Origin: Leptolyngbyaceae cyanobacterium
GTDB taxonomy: Bacteria > Cyanobacteriota > Cyanobacteriia > Phormidesmidales > Phormidesmidaceae
Reading direction: 5' to 3'
Assembly: GCA_965263355.1 (NCBI GenBank)
Contig: CBDHHL010000056.1
Coordinates: forward strand, 2,112,001-2,176,000
DNA length: 64,000 bases
Part shown: one piece after another, positions 51,638 to 63,274 of the stretch
How positions within the stretch are numbered: the stretch's first letter is position 1
Layout: each line of letters opens with the position of its first letter
Notes under the pieces: model-generated
The model's input: only the letters and a program-made list of their open reading frames with translations
What the model was told of the DNA's origin: nothing
Database searches by the model: none
Made by a program: the position numbers and the translations under genes

Positions 51638-53065
51638 TCAGCTTGCTAAGTGCATCGATACCACATCCGCTAAAGCATCAGTCCAATAATCAACCAGCTC
51701 AGCATTGGCTGCTTCCACCATCACACGGATAACTGGCTCTGTCCCCGATGCCCGTACTAAGACACGACCTTGATCACCCATAGCCGACTCAGCTGTAGCA
51801 ATTGCCTGCTGAAGGGGCTCACAAGCTGACCAGGAACGTCGCTTTTCACGACTTTCTACTCGTACATTTTTTAACCGTTGAGGATAGGGGGCAAAACTCT
51901 GGTCAATCAAGTCGGGTAAGCAGCATTCCGCTCGCTTGAGCCAATCTGCTAAATGCAGTGCAGTGAGGATGCCATCTCCAGTCAAACTGTAATGATGACA
52001 AAGGATATGACCTGATTGCTCGCCACCAAGCATAGCGCCTCGAGCAACCATTTCGGCATGAACATACTGATCACCTACCTTGGTGCGCACTAGATTACCG
52101 CCTAAGCGCTCCCACGCATGTTCAAAGCCCAGATTGGCCATTACCGTTGAAATGATTGTATTGTCCGGTAACTGCCCCTGCTGTTTCAGAGTTTGTCCCC
52201 AAAAATACAGAATATAGTCACCATTAACAACACGACCCTGACCATCGACAGCCATTACCCGATCGGCATCCCCATCAAAGGCAAACCCGATGTCAGCACT
52301 ATGCTCACTGACAGCAGCTTTGAGGGACTCTAAATGGGTTGACCCACAATTAACATTAATTCGATTACCATCGGCACGGCCATGGATCACAATGACCTCT
52401 GCCCCTGTCGCTTCAAACACGGCTTGGGCAACACGGGCAGCAGCTCCCCATGCAAGATCCAAGACAATCCGCATACCACTCAAATAAGGCTGAGCTGGAA
52501 ATGGCTGATGTAAGAATTCAACGTAGCGCTCCACTAACTCTGGGCGTTGATAGGTTTTCCCCCATTGATTACCAGGGTTAAACGCACCATAACACGAGCC
52601 CTGGCGCAGCGCCTGCTCAATCTGCGCCTGTATAGTTTTCTCCAACTTAGTACCTTGCGGCCCAAAAAATTTAATGCCATTATCCGCAGGTGGATTATGA
52701 CTAGCCGAAATCATAATGCCGCCGACCGTACCAGCTGCTGCTGCCATATAGGCAACTGCCGCTGTGGGACACAATCCCATATCCCATACGTCCAAACCTG
52801 CCGAGGTTAATCCTGCCGCTAACGCTGACGCAATCATCGGACTCGAGTTGCGTGAGTCCTGCCCTAGGACGATCGCATCTGGCTGCTGCTGACGAAGTAT
52901 TTGCCCTGCCCAAAACCCGATTTGAACTGCTAAAGGAGCCGTCAGCAACTCCCCTGCACGACTGCGAATACCATCGGTTCCAAATAGCGGGGTGGTTGGT
53001 AAATCAAACGGTTGCCAACCTATACCAAAGTCTGTCTGTTCAGATCTAAGAGAAAACATTACCAT
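51638..53065 (-). CDS. glmM: phosphoglucosamine mutase
   Basis: [29 protein letters not shown] and RASGTEP; start trimmed to avoid overlap with the DUF309 gene. Confidence 0.93.
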   Translation of the reverse strand: MVMFSLRSEQTDFGIGWQPFDLPTTPLFGTDGIRSRAGELLTAPLAVQIGFWAGQILRQQQPDAIVLGQDSRNSSPMIASALAAGLTSAGLDVWDMGLCPTAAVAYMAAAAGTVGGIMISASHNPPADNGIKFFGPQGTKLEKTIQAQIEQALRQGSCYGAFNPGNQWGKTYQRPELVERYVEFLHQPFPAQPYLSGMRIVLDLAWGAAARVAQAVFEATGAEVIVIHGRADGNRINVNCGSTHLESLKAAVSEHSADIGFAFDGDADRVMAVDGQGRVVNGDYILYFWGQTLKQQGQLPDNTIISTVMANLGFEHAWERLGGNLVRTKVGDQYVHAEMVARGAMLGGEQSGHILCHHYSLTGDGILTALHLADWLKRAECCLPDLIDQSFAPYPQRLKNVRVESREKRRSWSACEPLQQAIATAESAMGDQGRVLVRASGTEPVIRVMVEAANAELVDYWTDALADVVSMHLAS

Positions 53066-53149
53066 ACTTGACACTCCAAACGACGCACACTCAAAGTGGA
53101 GAATAACATTTGTAAGTTTGTGTAGATTAAAGATTGCTGCAGTCTGCCT

Positions 53150-53614
53150 ATGACTAACTCCGTTAATTCTTTGAATGCTAATGATCAACCGGCTGATTTT
53201 TGGTTGGGAGTTAAGCAATTCAACCAGGGAGACTACTACGCATGTCACGATACGTTAGAAGCCATTTGGCTAGACGCTCATCCAAGCGAGCAGGCGTTTT
53301 ATCAAGGCATTCTTCAAATCGCTGTTGGGCTCTATCACTTGACCAATCTCAATTGGCAAGGAGCTGCCATTTTGCTAGGAGAAGGTAGTCATCGACTAAA
53401 CGCCTATGGAAGATTCCACGGTGGCATTCATGTCACTGACCTCATTAACCAGACCATGGACTGGCTGATTGCTTTGCAAGAAACAGGCCCTGACCACGTG
53501 CAACAGCTGGCATCCGCTTTATTAGAACGATCACCAAAAGCAGTGACGCATTCTCTTGAAAATGGGGATAAATTAATCACGCCCAATATTCAACTCGCAG
53601 ACATTACTAACTGA
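53150..53614 (+). CDS. DUF309 domain protein
   Basis: [17 protein letters not shown] and [13 protein letters not shown]. Confidence 0.88.
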   Translation: MTNSVNSLNANDQPADFWLGVKQFNQGDYYACHDTLEAIWLDAHPSEQAFYQGILQIAVGLYHLTNLNWQGAAILLGEGSHRLNAYGRFHGGIHVTDLINQTMDWLIALQETGPDHVQQLASALLERSPKAVTHSLENGDKLITPNIQLADITN

Positions 53615-53875
53615 GTCCCCAAAACACGGGTGTTAGGCGTCAAACTGGCCAACAATACTTTACGAAGTAACTCGCTGCTGAGTCGTTCCCTAGGACAGAG
53701 AAATTTACGTTAGCGCCGTAGCATAGAATAAACTTTCTAATGAGTAGAACCCTTAGAAAATCAGTAACACGAAGGACTTAGCTAATAAAACCAGTCGTAT
53801 AACTGGGCTAAGACTAAGCTTGTATGAAGCCATCAGAAGTTAGATTAGGTAGTGGGCAGTAGCAAACAACAAGAC

Positions 53876-54400
53876 ATGGTTGTACGACGCGGCAATTTCT
53901 TTCCATTTCCTTTTAACCCATCAATTCAGAACCTTAGTGCTGGAATGTTAGGTTTATTCATCCTAGTTAGTGGTTTAGCCTCCTCCTCCAATGCCCAGTC
54001 TGGAGGGTCTATCAAACTACGCGCAGATGTCCAAGAAGCAAATTCAAATACGGGCATTATTACGGCACGGGGAAATGTCAGGATTGATTATCCCGAAAAA
54101 GCTATTTATGCCACCTCAGCTCAAGCCCAGTACTATAGTCGCGAACGGCGAATTATATTGACAGGTAATGTATTTGTACAACAGGAGGCCAATACTCTAC
54201 AGGCTGAAGTAGTTACTTATCTCATTGATGAGGGGCGATTTGTAGCGACTCCCAATGCAAATGAGCAGGTGGAATCAGTATATGTTCTGCCAGAGCCAGT
54301 AGAAGAATCGAACGCTGCACCTCAGCCCCAAGAACCATCATCACCACTCCCGACCTTACCCGAGGAGTTGCCTGAGTTTGCTATCCCTACTGATGAATAG
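53876..54400 (+). CDS. lptA: LptA/OstA family protein
   Basis: ADVQEAN, TARGNV and ILTGNV; upstream of lptB. Confidence 0.8.
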   Translation: MVVRRGNFFPFPFNPSIQNLSAGMLGLFILVSGLASSSNAQSGGSIKLRADVQEANSNTGIITARGNVRIDYPEKAIYATSAQAQYYSRERRIILTGNVFVQQEANTLQAEVVTYLIDEGRFVATPNANEQVESVYVLPEPVEESNAAPQPQEPSSPLPTLPEELPEFAIPTDE

Positions 54401-55180
54401 ATGCTGTCTCCTGCTGTTGACTCCACCACGAATACATTGACAACGCTGGGGGCTGCCCTTGCCCTGGAAAATGTTTACAAGGCCTATGGCAAACGCACCA
54501 TTGTTCGTGGTGTTAGTTTATCCCTGGCTCAAGGGGAAATTGTTGGGTTGCTGGGGCCTAATGGAGCTGGAAAAACCACAACCTTTTATATGGCAATCGG
54601 TTTAGAGCATCCCGATCAAGGTTCTATACGCTTAAACGATCAAGAAATTACTGGCCTATCCATCCATCAGCGGGCTCGTTTAGGCATTGGGTATTTGGCA
54701 CAAGAAGCAAGTATTTTTCGCAATCTGACGATAAAAGACAACATTCGCTTAGTCATGGAGCAAACTGGCGTTCCTCGTCAGGAATGGCCTGAACGGTTAG
54801 AACGCCTGCTGCGAGAATTTCGATTGGAAAAAGTTTCTAATACGCTAGGCATCCAGGTATCTGGGGGTGAACGTCGGCGTACTGAGCTAGCTCGCGCCCT
54901 GGCTGCGGGGAAACAAGGCCCTGCCTTTCTTTTTTTGGATGAACCTTTTGCTGGAGTTGATCCGATTGCTGTCTCTGAAATTCAGCAGATTGTGTCCCGA
55001 CTACGCGATCGCAATATGGGAATTTTAATCACTGACCATAATGTACGTGAGACCCTACGCATCATTGATCGAGCCTATATCATGAACGATGGTCGCATAT
55101 TAGCTTACGGTAGTGCGGAAGATCTCGCCAATAATCCCCTTGTGCGTGAACATTACTTGGGCGATGGCTTTCAACTATGA
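54401..55180 (+). CDS. lptB: LPS export ABC ATP-binding protein
   Basis: GPNGAGKT, SGGERRR, DEPFAGVDP and ITDHNVRETL. Confidence 0.93.
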   Translation: MLSPAVDSTTNTLTTLGAALALENVYKAYGKRTIVRGVSLSLAQGEIVGLLGPNGAGKTTTFYMAIGLEHPDQGSIRLNDQEITGLSIHQRARLGIGYLAQEASIFRNLTIKDNIRLVMEQTGVPRQEWPERLERLLREFRLEKVSNTLGIQVSGGERRRTELARALAAGKQGPAFLFLDEPFAGVDPIAVSEIQQIVSRLRDRNMGILITDHNVRETLRIIDRAYIMNDGRILAYGSAEDLANNPLVREHYLGDGFQL

Positions 55181-55257
55181 TGTGCCATCTTTGTTTAGAC
55201 GGCCCCCCATGATCAAAGGCTTTGCCCTACTTTACCTGCCCCCATTACCCACCAGTT

Positions 55258-56430
55258 ATGGCCACCACATCCCCATCAAACTTCCCTAGCCTTGGTCTAC
55301 CCTGGTGGCCATCCCTATCGATTATGGATCGATATATCGCCAAAGAGCTTACCCTGCCTTTTCTCTTTGGTGTTGGCGCATTTTCTTCAATTCTGGTATC
55401 TGTGGGTGCCTTGTTTGATCTGATTCGAAAAATCACTGAATCAGGGCTTGACGTGGGTTTGGCAATGCAGGTTTTTGTGCTCAAAATGCCTGAGTTTATA
55501 GTGTTGGCCTTTCCGATGTCGACACTACTAGCCACAATGATGACCTACAGCCGCTTCTCTAGCGATAGCGAGCTAACAGCACTACGAGGATGTGGTGTCA
55601 GCGTTCGTCGTATTATTGCTCCCGCATTGGTCCTGAGCCTTCTCATCACCGGCCTGACTTTTGTATTTAACGAAGTGATTACCCCCGCTGCCAACTATCG
55701 GGCCAAGGTTATGCTCACCCAGGCACTTAACTCTGAAAAGCCTCCCTTTCGGGACAGAAACATTTTTTACAGAGAATATCAGAATGCAGCCGATGGCAGC
55801 GGGCGAGAATTGGGACGATTATTTTATGCCCGTCGATTTAACGGGGAAGAAATGCAAGGCTTAACCATTTTGGACTTTTCTCAGGATGGACTGGAACAAG
55901 TGGTGAGTGCAGAAACCGCCATCTGGAATTTTTCAGATAACGTCTGGACATTTTTTAACGGTACTATTTATGCGATTTCACCCGATGGATCTTTTGGCCA
56001 CATTTTAAAATTTGACCGCCAAGAGTTAAATCTTCCACGTGTACCTCTAGATATAGCATCGCGCAAAAAAGACGATGATGAGATGAATATTGCTGAAACC
56101 CGACAGCACCTCAATCAGATTGTTCGCAAGTCTGGCGATGAAGACAAAATTCGTTTTTGGGAGCTACGACTTTACCAACGCTATGCACTGCCATTCGTTT
56201 GTATCGTTTTTGGTCTCGTTGGTTCAGCGGTTGGAATTCATCCTCAGCGCACGGGCAAAGCTACCAGTTTTGGCCTCAGCATCATCATTATATTTGGTTA
56301 TTACCTAGTTGGATTTCTTGCTGATGCCTTTGGCAAAGTAGGTACGCTTAATCCTGTGGCGGCGGCTTGGCTACCTCCTCTTCTAGGCTTAGCTGTCGGT
56401 GGACTCTTGGTCATACGAGCATCCAAATAG
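55258..56430 (+). CDS. LptF/LptG (YjgP/YjgQ) permease
   Basis: MDRYI, DSELTALRGCGVS and AAWLP; operon with lptAB. Confidence 0.9.
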   Translation: MATTSPSNFPSLGLPWWPSLSIMDRYIAKELTLPFLFGVGAFSSILVSVGALFDLIRKITESGLDVGLAMQVFVLKMPEFIVLAFPMSTLLATMMTYSRFSSDSELTALRGCGVSVRRIIAPALVLSLLITGLTFVFNEVITPAANYRAKVMLTQALNSEKPPFRDRNIFYREYQNAADGSGRELGRLFYARRFNGEEMQGLTILDFSQDGLEQVVSAETAIWNFSDNVWTFFNGTIYAISPDGSFGHILKFDRQELNLPRVPLDIASRKKDDDEMNIAETRQHLNQIVRKSGDEDKIRFWELRLYQRYALPFVCIVFGLVGSAVGIHPQRTGKATSFGLSIIIIFGYYLVGFLADAFGKVGTLNPVAAAWLPPLLGLAVGGLLVIRASK

Positions 56431-56503
56431 CGGCAGTAACGCGTTTGGTGGCATAGCTGCACCATTGCCAGCTAAATTAAGGTGATCTAACGATTGCACA
56501 TCC

Positions 56504-58720
56504 ATGACGTCGCATTCCCCTGAATCGTCTTCTAAAGTTATTGAATCTACCTCTACCGGTCTAGGGACCTTTGGTGGTGTCTTTACGCCATCTATTCTGA
56601 CCATTTTGGGGGTAATTATGTATCTCCGTTTTGGCTGGGTAGTCGGCCAAATGGGATTAGTAAATACACTACTAATTGTTACTATTTCAACCGCAATTAC
56701 ATTTATTACCGGACTATCTATTAGCGCGATCGCAACTGATCAAGTTGTTCGAGCAGGCGGTGCGTACTATATGATAAGCCGCTCTCTCGGCATCGAGACA
56801 GGCGGTGCTGTCGGCATTCCCCTCTATTTCGCCCAAGCATTTTCGGTTGCTCTATACACGATTGGTTTTGCAGAAAGCGTCAATAGTGCGTTTCCCAATT
56901 TTCCGATTACCATTACCCTGCTAGCACTGGTAACGACTATTGCGATTACAGCCTTAGCGTTAAAGTCAGCTGATATTGCCATCAAGGCTCAGTACGTGAT
57001 CATGGCAGCAATTGTCCTGTCATTGGTTAGTCTAGTCTTTGGCAACCCTGTCCCTGCCGCCGAATTACCGGTTACCGAAGAGGCAGGCAGTGTAAGTTTT
57101 TGGGCCGTTTTAGCCGTTTTCTTCCCCGCTGTAACCGGTATCATGTCGGGGGTCAACATGTCTGGCGATCTCAAAGATCCTAAAAAGTCGATTCCCATGG
57201 GTACCCTGGCAGCGGTAGGGGTGGGCTATGTGATTTATATGGGTATCCCCGTATTGTTAAGCAATCGTGCGGATCCAGCTAGCCTCATCGCAGACCCTCT
57301 GATTATGCGAAAAATTGCCATCTGGGGTGATGCTATTTTGCTGGGGGTCTGGGGTGCAACTCTATCTAGTGCCCTGGGCAGCATCTTAGGGGCTCCTCGG
57401 GTATTGCAAGCACTGGCACGAGATAATATTTTGCCAAAGCGGCTACGCTGGTTAGGCAAAGGCCACGGCCCCACCGATGAACCTAGACTAGGTACGTTAT
57501 TTACCCTAGGCGTAGTTCTCGCAGTGGTCTGTATTGGTGATTTAGATGCGATCGCACCAGTGCTCACCATGTTTTTCCTCACTACCTACATGGTGCTAAA
57601 CGTTGCAGCTGGCATTGAAGGATTTCTGCAAAGTCCCTCATTTCGACCTACTTTTCGGATCCCCTGGTATATTTCTCTACTAGGAGCATTAGGCTGTATT
57701 GCCATTATGTTCTTAATCAATCCAGCTGCAACCGTCGTTGCCGCTATGATTGTTCTAAGTATTTACCTATGGCTAGAGCGGCGTGAAATTCGAACTACCT
57801 GGGGAGACGTCCGCCAAGGTATCTGGCTGTCTCTAGTTCGTGCTGGCCTCCACAACATTGCCGACAGCGCTGACCCCAAAAACTGGCGGCCTCACCTGCT
57901 AGTCCTTTCAGGTGCACCAACCAAGCGTTGGCACTTGATTGAACTGGCCACAGACTTTACCCACAATCGCGGCTTAATTACCGTAGCTAGTATTCTTCCC
58001 ACTGGTGCTCGCAACCTAAAGCAACAAGAACAGATGCGCGGTACTATCCGTGACTATTTAGAAAAACGAGGCATCCAGGCTTTTGTAAAATTGATTGAAG
58101 CAACGGATACCTCTACCGGAGCCCAACAGCTGATTGATACCTATGGCATTGGCCCATTAATGCCCAACACAGTACTTCTAGGCGATACTGAAACCGCTGA
58201 TTATGAATCACGAGAACGGTACTGCCAAATTATTAGTAAATGTCACCAAGCCAAACGAAACATCATTATCCTTAGAAATCCTCCCAGCCAAATGCCCCAG
58301 CTACCAGAACGCATCGATGTCTGGTGGGGTGGTCTCCAAGCAAATGGAGGACTGATGCTCATTTTAGCCTATTTGTTACGTACAGGTATGCGATGGCGGT
58401 CAGCTGATATCTATCTAAATCTCGTCGTCTCCAACCAAGCTGCAGCCCAAGCTGCTCAAACTAACCTAAATAAGCTGATTGAAACCCTCAGCATTGGTGC
58501 CCAATCCAACATTATTGTTGCCGGAAGTCGTCCATTCGATACCATTTTGAGAAACTCGTCTGCTACGGCAGATCTAATTTTGATGGGCCTTGCAACACCA
58601 GACAATCAGTTTCCCGAGTACTACGCATCTTTACAGAACAAAACTTTAGGCATGCCGCCTACCATTTTTGTCCTTGCCGCCGAAGACCTAGCCTTTTCAG
58701 AATTACTACAAAAAGAATAA
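56504..58720 (+). CDS. cation-chloride cotransporter (SLC12-like, APC superfamily)
   Basis: GVFTPSILTILGVIMYLR, GGAYYMISRSLG, FFPAVTGIMSG, KNWRP and IDVWW. Confidence 0.88.
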   Translation: MTSHSPESSSKVIESTSTGLGTFGGVFTPSILTILGVIMYLRFGWVVGQMGLVNTLLIVTISTAITFITGLSISAIATDQVVRAGGAYYMISRSLGIETGGAVGIPLYFAQAFSVALYTIGFAESVNSAFPNFPITITLLALVTTIAITALALKSADIAIKAQYVIMAAIVLSLVSLVFGNPVPAAELPVTEEAGSVSFWAVLAVFFPAVTGIMSGVNMSGDLKDPKKSIPMGTLAAVGVGYVIYMGIPVLLSNRADPASLIADPLIMRKIAIWGDAILLGVWGATLSSALGSILGAPRVLQALARDNILPKRLRWLGKGHGPTDEPRLGTLFTLGVVLAVVCIGDLDAIAPVLTMFFLTTYMVLNVAAGIEGFLQSPSFRPTFRIPWYISLLGALGCIAIMFLINPAATVVAAMIVLSIYLWLERREIRTTWGDVRQGIWLSLVRAGLHNIADSADPKNWRPHLLVLSGAPTKRWHLIELATDFTHNRGLITVASILPTGARNLKQQEQMRGTIRDYLEKRGIQAFVKLIEATDTSTGAQQLIDTYGIGPLMPNTVLLGDTETADYESRERYCQIISKCHQAKRNIIILRNPPSQMPQLPERIDVWWGGLQANGGLMLILAYLLRTGMRWRSADIYLNLVVSNQAAAQAAQTNLNKLIETLSIGAQSNIIVAGSRPFDTILRNSSATADLILMGLATPDNQFPEYYASLQNKTLGMPPTIFVLAAEDLAFSELLQKE

Positions 58721-58807
58721 GGTTCAATCAGAAAGCTACCTACTAACTACACAAATTTACTCATTGCGAAATCTTCACACAGGAAGTTTGCCTCAAAATC
58801 AAATTCT

Positions 58808-58990
58808 TTACTCAACTACACGTAAGCGCCCCTGGTTCAGAGCATCATAAATTTGATTAATTAACATCTTATCGTTGGCACTGATATTATTGCCAGCAAA
58901 CATTGCCATCAAAACACTCTGATCCGCGCGCGTAATACGGCGAGTCGCAAAGATTTTGGCAACCATTTCTTCTACTGATTGAATAGCCAT
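58808..58990 (-). CDS. small conserved cyanobacterial hypothetical protein
   Basis: IFATRRITRADQ...IYDALNQGRLRVVE. Confidence 0.7.
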   Translation of the reverse strand: MAIQSVEEMVAKIFATRRITRADQSVLMAMFAGNNISANDKMLINQIYDALNQGRLRVVE

Positions 58991-59504
58991 AAAAAAGATT
59001 TACCCACAAATCCAGAGAGATAGCATCGCACCCCAACGGCCAAGGACAGGTATAAAATAAAACACACAGCCTGGTTGTTTTACATACCTCAATCTATAGG
59101 GTCTGCCACAGACTCACATCCGTAAGATACCGTATTTCAATTATTAGACTATGGGGACTACCCATGGGTGCTTATGCTCTCGTCATACTAATTCTTTAAA
59201 CTGAGTACGCTTGAGATGCTGAACACCAGTAAATACACTGACACCCTCAACAACCCATGACTGCAATGCCTTCCTAAAAACCTCTCTATCCATTTTTTGA
59301 CAAGACATACAGCTATATTGCCTCATGCCAAAGCTGTTGCCTCCTAACAAGGGGTTCCCTTTAAAGTTGGCCAATTTTTGCTGAGAACTATCCGTAAATC
59401 CCCCTAAAAAGCATGTTACTTAAGACTTCAAGTATTTATTTGTTCTTTACACTGCAAGCATAATAGTCTTCTGACTCCAGCTCTTACTATTAGCATTGAC
59501 CATA

Positions 59505-59544
59505 TTTAAAGACCTAGGACGCTTGAGCATCCTAGGTCTTTAAA
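59505..59544. terminator. hairpin downstream of rpe
   Basis: TTTAAAGACCTAGGA...TCCTAGGTCTTTAAA. Confidence 0.6.
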
Positions 59545-59648
59545 ATACTGAGCATCGCTCGTAAAGTTAACGATACCTATTCAAAATGAAGTCTTGCCAT
59601 TACTGATTAGAACACTCGCATTGAAATTCAAAAGGATACAAGCTATGA

Positions 59649-60350
59649 CTAAACAGCTGCCAATTCAGGCGTAGGGCGTTTACTATTACGAATACTGCTA
59701 ATTGCTTCAGCGTAGTCTGGCGCTTTAAAGACAGCAGAACCAGCAACAATAGCATTTGCCCCTGCTTCTAACACCTGCCAAGTATTATGTGACTTTAAAC
59801 CACCATCAACTTCAATCCATGGATCCAAACCACGCTCATCACACATCTGACGCAGTTTACGAATCTTGGGTAGGATCTCAGGAATAAAACTTTGTCCCCC
59901 AAAGCCAGGATTTACACTCATAATCAGTACCAGGTCACACAACTCTAGTACATAATCAATTAATTCTAACGGCGTCGATGGGTTCAGCACAACACCTGCT
60001 TGCTTCCCCAAGTCGCGAATCCGACTAAGAGTGCTATGCAAATGAGGTGACGCATTATGTTCTGCATGTACAGAAATAATATCTGCTCCCGCTTTAGCAA
60101 AGCCTTCAATATACTTCTCGGGCTCCACAATCATTAAGTGAACATCGAGAGGCTTTTGTGTAATGGGCCGAATTGCCTCGACAATTAACGGGCCAATCGT
60201 GATGTTAGGTACAAATCGACCATCCATCACATCAACATGAATCCAATCTGCACCAGCTTCATCCGCTGCACGAATTTCATCGCCCAAGCGACTAAAATCA
60301 GCCGATAAAATAGATGGGGAAATAACAACAGATTTTTTTGATTGCGTCAT
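59649..60350 (-). CDS. rpe: ribulose-phosphate 3-epimerase
   Basis: [25 protein letters not shown] and EVDGG. Confidence 0.97.
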   Translation of the reverse strand: MTQSKKSVVISPSILSADFSRLGDEIRAADEAGADWIHVDVMDGRFVPNITIGPLIVEAIRPITQKPLDVHLMIVEPEKYIEGFAKAGADIISVHAEHNASPHLHSTLSRIRDLGKQAGVVLNPSTPLELIDYVLELCDLVLIMSVNPGFGGQSFIPEILPKIRKLRQMCDERGLDPWIEVDGGLKSHNTWQVLEAGANAIVAGSAVFKAPDYAEAISSIRNSKRPTPELAAV

Positions 60351-60457
60351 GGGAACTGGCCTCTAGTAATCACAATTAATGGTCACTATCGTAACAAAAA
60401 CTTAGTATCAAAATCGTTACAAACTGCTCTAGCTGATGCAATTCATCCTCTTGAAGT

Positions 60458-62167
60458 ATGTATATGGAAGTCTCCATGGAAATTTTTCAGCAACTATTTA
60501 ATCGTTCTAGCTCCATGAAGAAAACTGACATCAAGCACCTATTTCTTCCTATTACGCTGTTTACAGGAGTAATAGGTGGACTTCCAGTCCTAGCTCTTTC
60601 TGTATCCGTTGGCCCGAATGGAATTGACGCCCGTCGTTTACATCAAGCTCCGTATCACCTCACAGGCAAAAAAATCGCGATTGGCCAAGTCGAAGGTGGA
60701 CGTCCTGGACTATTTGGTACGGATAAACTGGCAATTCCCAATAACCCAGTCACCGTTCATCAAGTCCTGCAGCTGAATGACTCTGCCATTGCTGACGAGT
60801 TCGTTGATAACCATGCAAATCATGTGGCCAGTGTCATGATCAGTCGGGATAAGAGGCTCACTGGTGTAGCGCCTGATGCCACTCTATTTTCTGCCGCTAT
60901 TGGCGCCCTTGAAGGTGAACTTAGTGGTCAACCCCAAGAATGTTTAACTACACAGCACATCGCCCTTCGTAACAGCGATGATGTGCGGGCGATTAATTTT
61001 AGCTTTGGCGAACCTTTAGTCAGCGACCCCCGACCTAATGCTAGTCTTGACGGGAATGCTCTACTGACACAGTGCATTGATTGGTCAAGTATTACCCATA
61101 AGACGCTGTACGTCATTGCAGGTAACCAAGGAGGCGGTGGCATACCTATTCCTACGGATAATTTCAATGGCATCAACGTTGCCTATTCAACTCAGGTGAA
61201 TGGACAGTTCGTCAAAGTTGACTATGCCAATGCTGGTAGTGAACCTACATTTAGCCCGCGTGGAACAGCTGAACCAGAGTCTAACGTTGGGCCTCGACGC
61301 TCTATTAATTTAATTGCCCCTGGAGACGACATTAACATGCTGAATCCCGACGGGCAGGAGATTTTTAGTAGTGGCTCTAGTTTTGCGGCTCCACATGTCG
61401 CTGCGACAGTAGCATTATTACAAGAGTGGGGTGACCGGCAGATTCGAACGGCTGGCTGGAGTTTAGATGCCCGTGAACCCATTGTGATGAAAGCAGTTTT
61501 ACTCAATGCTGCCGATAAATTGATGGATCAAGGGGATGGCCAGAATCTAGGAATGGGAAAAACCCTACTAGATGAAGCCAATCTAACTTGGCTGGACTCC
61601 GATGCCTATCGCGATCCCAAAGTTCCACTACATGCAGAACTAGGCACTGGCCAACTAAATGCCTTTCGGGCTTACGAACAATTCAATGCTGGCCAATGGC
61701 GTCTTGGTTCTGTGCCACTCAGAGGATGGGCTTATAACTCGCTATCTGCCGCTTCTGATAAACCGGTAGAGCTAGGGTCTGACTACACTGACTATGTCAT
61801 GAATAGTCCTCTTCAAGAAGGTAGTTACTTTGCGGCTACTTTGACATGGGAACGTCCAGTTTCATTGCTAGACAGCAATAATAATGGCCTCTATGACATT
61901 GGTGAAAGCTTTGAGAATGAGGGGCTTAATAACTTGAATCTTTACCTGATGCCGATCGACGAAGAGGATACGGACAAAAGCATTTGGTCATCAGTCAGCG
62001 ATGTAGACAGCGTCGAACATATCTTTTACAAAATCCCTGAAACTGGGCGTTATAAACTGAGGGTCGTCTACTCACAGCAAGTAAATGCCCAAGCCGATCA
62101 ACCCTACGCACTAGCCTGGTGGGGAGTAGGCGAATCAGCCCAAACCAGCAACAGCCCACAGCCATGA
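60458..62167 (+). CDS. S8 (subtilisin-like) serine peptidase, secreted; alternative start at 60515
   Basis: HANHVA His, AGN oxyanion and GSSFAAPHV Ser motifs. Confidence 0.85.
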   Translation: MYMEVSMEIFQQLFNRSSSMKKTDIKHLFLPITLFTGVIGGLPVLALSVSVGPNGIDARRLHQAPYHLTGKKIAIGQVEGGRPGLFGTDKLAIPNNPVTVHQVLQLNDSAIADEFVDNHANHVASVMISRDKRLTGVAPDATLFSAAIGALEGELSGQPQECLTTQHIALRNSDDVRAINFSFGEPLVSDPRPNASLDGNALLTQCIDWSSITHKTLYVIAGNQGGGGIPIPTDNFNGINVAYSTQVNGQFVKVDYANAGSEPTFSPRGTAEPESNVGPRRSINLIAPGDDINMLNPDGQEIFSSGSSFAAPHVAATVALLQEWGDRQIRTAGWSLDAREPIVMKAVLLNAADKLMDQGDGQNLGMGKTLLDEANLTWLDSDAYRDPKVPLHAELGTGQLNAFRAYEQFNAGQWRLGSVPLRGWAYNSLSAASDKPVELGSDYTDYVMNSPLQEGSYFAATLTWERPVSLLDSNNNGLYDIGESFENEGLNNLNLYLMPIDEEDTDKSIWSSVSDVDSVEHIFYKIPETGRYKLRVVYSQQVNAQADQPYALAWWGVGESAQTSNSPQP

Positions 62168-62439
62168 GCAATATTCAAATTAACCACCAGCCCACAAAAA
62201 CTGAACTAGAAGCCATGGGAGTGTTTTCATGGCCTATTTGGCAAAAAGAAGCATCAGAGTTTCCTTGGTACTACGACCTAACAGAAACTTGCTACTTTCT
62301 AACTGGAAAAGTAACGGTTACACCAGACCAAGGGGAACCTGTGTCTATGGGTCAAGGTGATTTAGTTACCTTTCCTGCTGGCATGAGCTGCTATTGGTAC
62401 ATTGAAACTGATGTCAGCAAACATTATTCGTTTGGCTAA
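62164..62439 (+). CDS. cupin domain protein (DUF861/EutQ-like)
   Basis: WPIWQKE, ETCYFLTG and GDLVTFPAGMSC; ATGA overlap with the peptidase stop. Confidence 0.88.
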   Translation: MSNIQINHQPTKTELEAMGVFSWPIWQKEASEFPWYYDLTETCYFLTGKVTVTPDQGEPVSMGQGDLVTFPAGMSCYWYIETDVSKHYSFG

Positions 62440-62505
62440 TTTAGTGAAATACTGTCAAAGCTAAAAATTTAGGTTAGGACAGTGAGCGGTAAACAGTGTT
62501 TTCAC

Positions 62506-62551
62506 ATAAAAGTGTCCCCTTGAACCCATGGGTTCAAGGGGACACTTTTAT
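62506..62551. terminator. 46-bp perfect palindrome, likely bidirectional terminator
   Basis: ATAAAAGTGTCCCCTTGAACCCA|TGGGTTCAAGGGGACACTTTTAT between convergent genes. Confidence 0.75.
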
Positions 62552-62570
62552 AAATTTAACCATGGTGACT

Positions 62571-62738
62571 TTAGGCATTCTTGAGTAGGTGCTTCACCAA
62601 ATTGTCCTTCACCATCATCTGGCGCATAACCTCCACCACATAGTTTTGAGCATCTTCATGGGAAAGGTTACGCACCTGATCCTTCAAGACCTGTAGTTGA
62701 AACTGTTGCTCCAATGTTAACTGACCTGGCATATCCAT
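62571..62738 (-). CDS. nblA: phycobilisome degradation protein NblA
   Basis: LTLEQQF, LSHEDAQ and RQMMVKDN; GGAGGAG RBS. Confidence 0.9.
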   Translation of the reverse strand: MDMPGQLTLEQQFQLQVLKDQVRNLSHEDAQNYVVEVMRQMMVKDNLVKHLLKNA

Positions 62739-63178
62739 CAGATCACTCCTCCAATAAATCACTGTTAACGACAGCAGTATTGCTGCCTGTACTTATCAGA
62801 AATTTTAGCTGCAATGCAATTAAACGTCAACGTGTCAAGCAATAAATAATCAAAGAGATATTTATTTACAAAACAAATTGCGCTTTGGTAGCGAAATAGG
62901 CAGAATAGCCTCTGCAAAGACGCAGAAGCTGTGTAAATCTACCTGCCTCTCAGGAAACATTTCAGCTAATTTCTCATAAACGTTGGCAAATCATTAGACG
63001 CCATAACGGCCCTTGAGGAAACTACATAAATGAGCATGAGAAACCTGCGCATTAAAACAGCTCAATGCCTACAAAGCAAAAAAATTTTCAGATTTTCAAA
63101 TTTTATGGGGTCTGCAGACTTACAAGCATCTACTAATGCCCCAATCCATACACCAAAAGCTCTGTTTCAAGATTAACT

Positions 63179-63224
63179 AACTGAACGACTTAGCATCTTG
63201 CAAACTGAACGACTTAGCATCTTG
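63179..63224 (+). repeat. 22-bp direct tandem duplication (period 24)
   Basis: AACTGAACGACTTAGCATCTTG at 63179 and 63203. Confidence 0.9.
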
Positions 63225-63274
63225 AAAATGGCATACTATTTTTCGCAGAAGGCAGGGAAAATAATGATTAAAAG

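Noticed and set aside
53066..53248. Long N-terminal extension of GlmM overlapping the DUF309 gene
   Set aside because: ORF-caller artefact; a downstream ATG at 53065 removes the overlap
62770..62800. NtcA box upstream of nblA
   Set aside because: GTA...TAC spacing is 10 rather than 8
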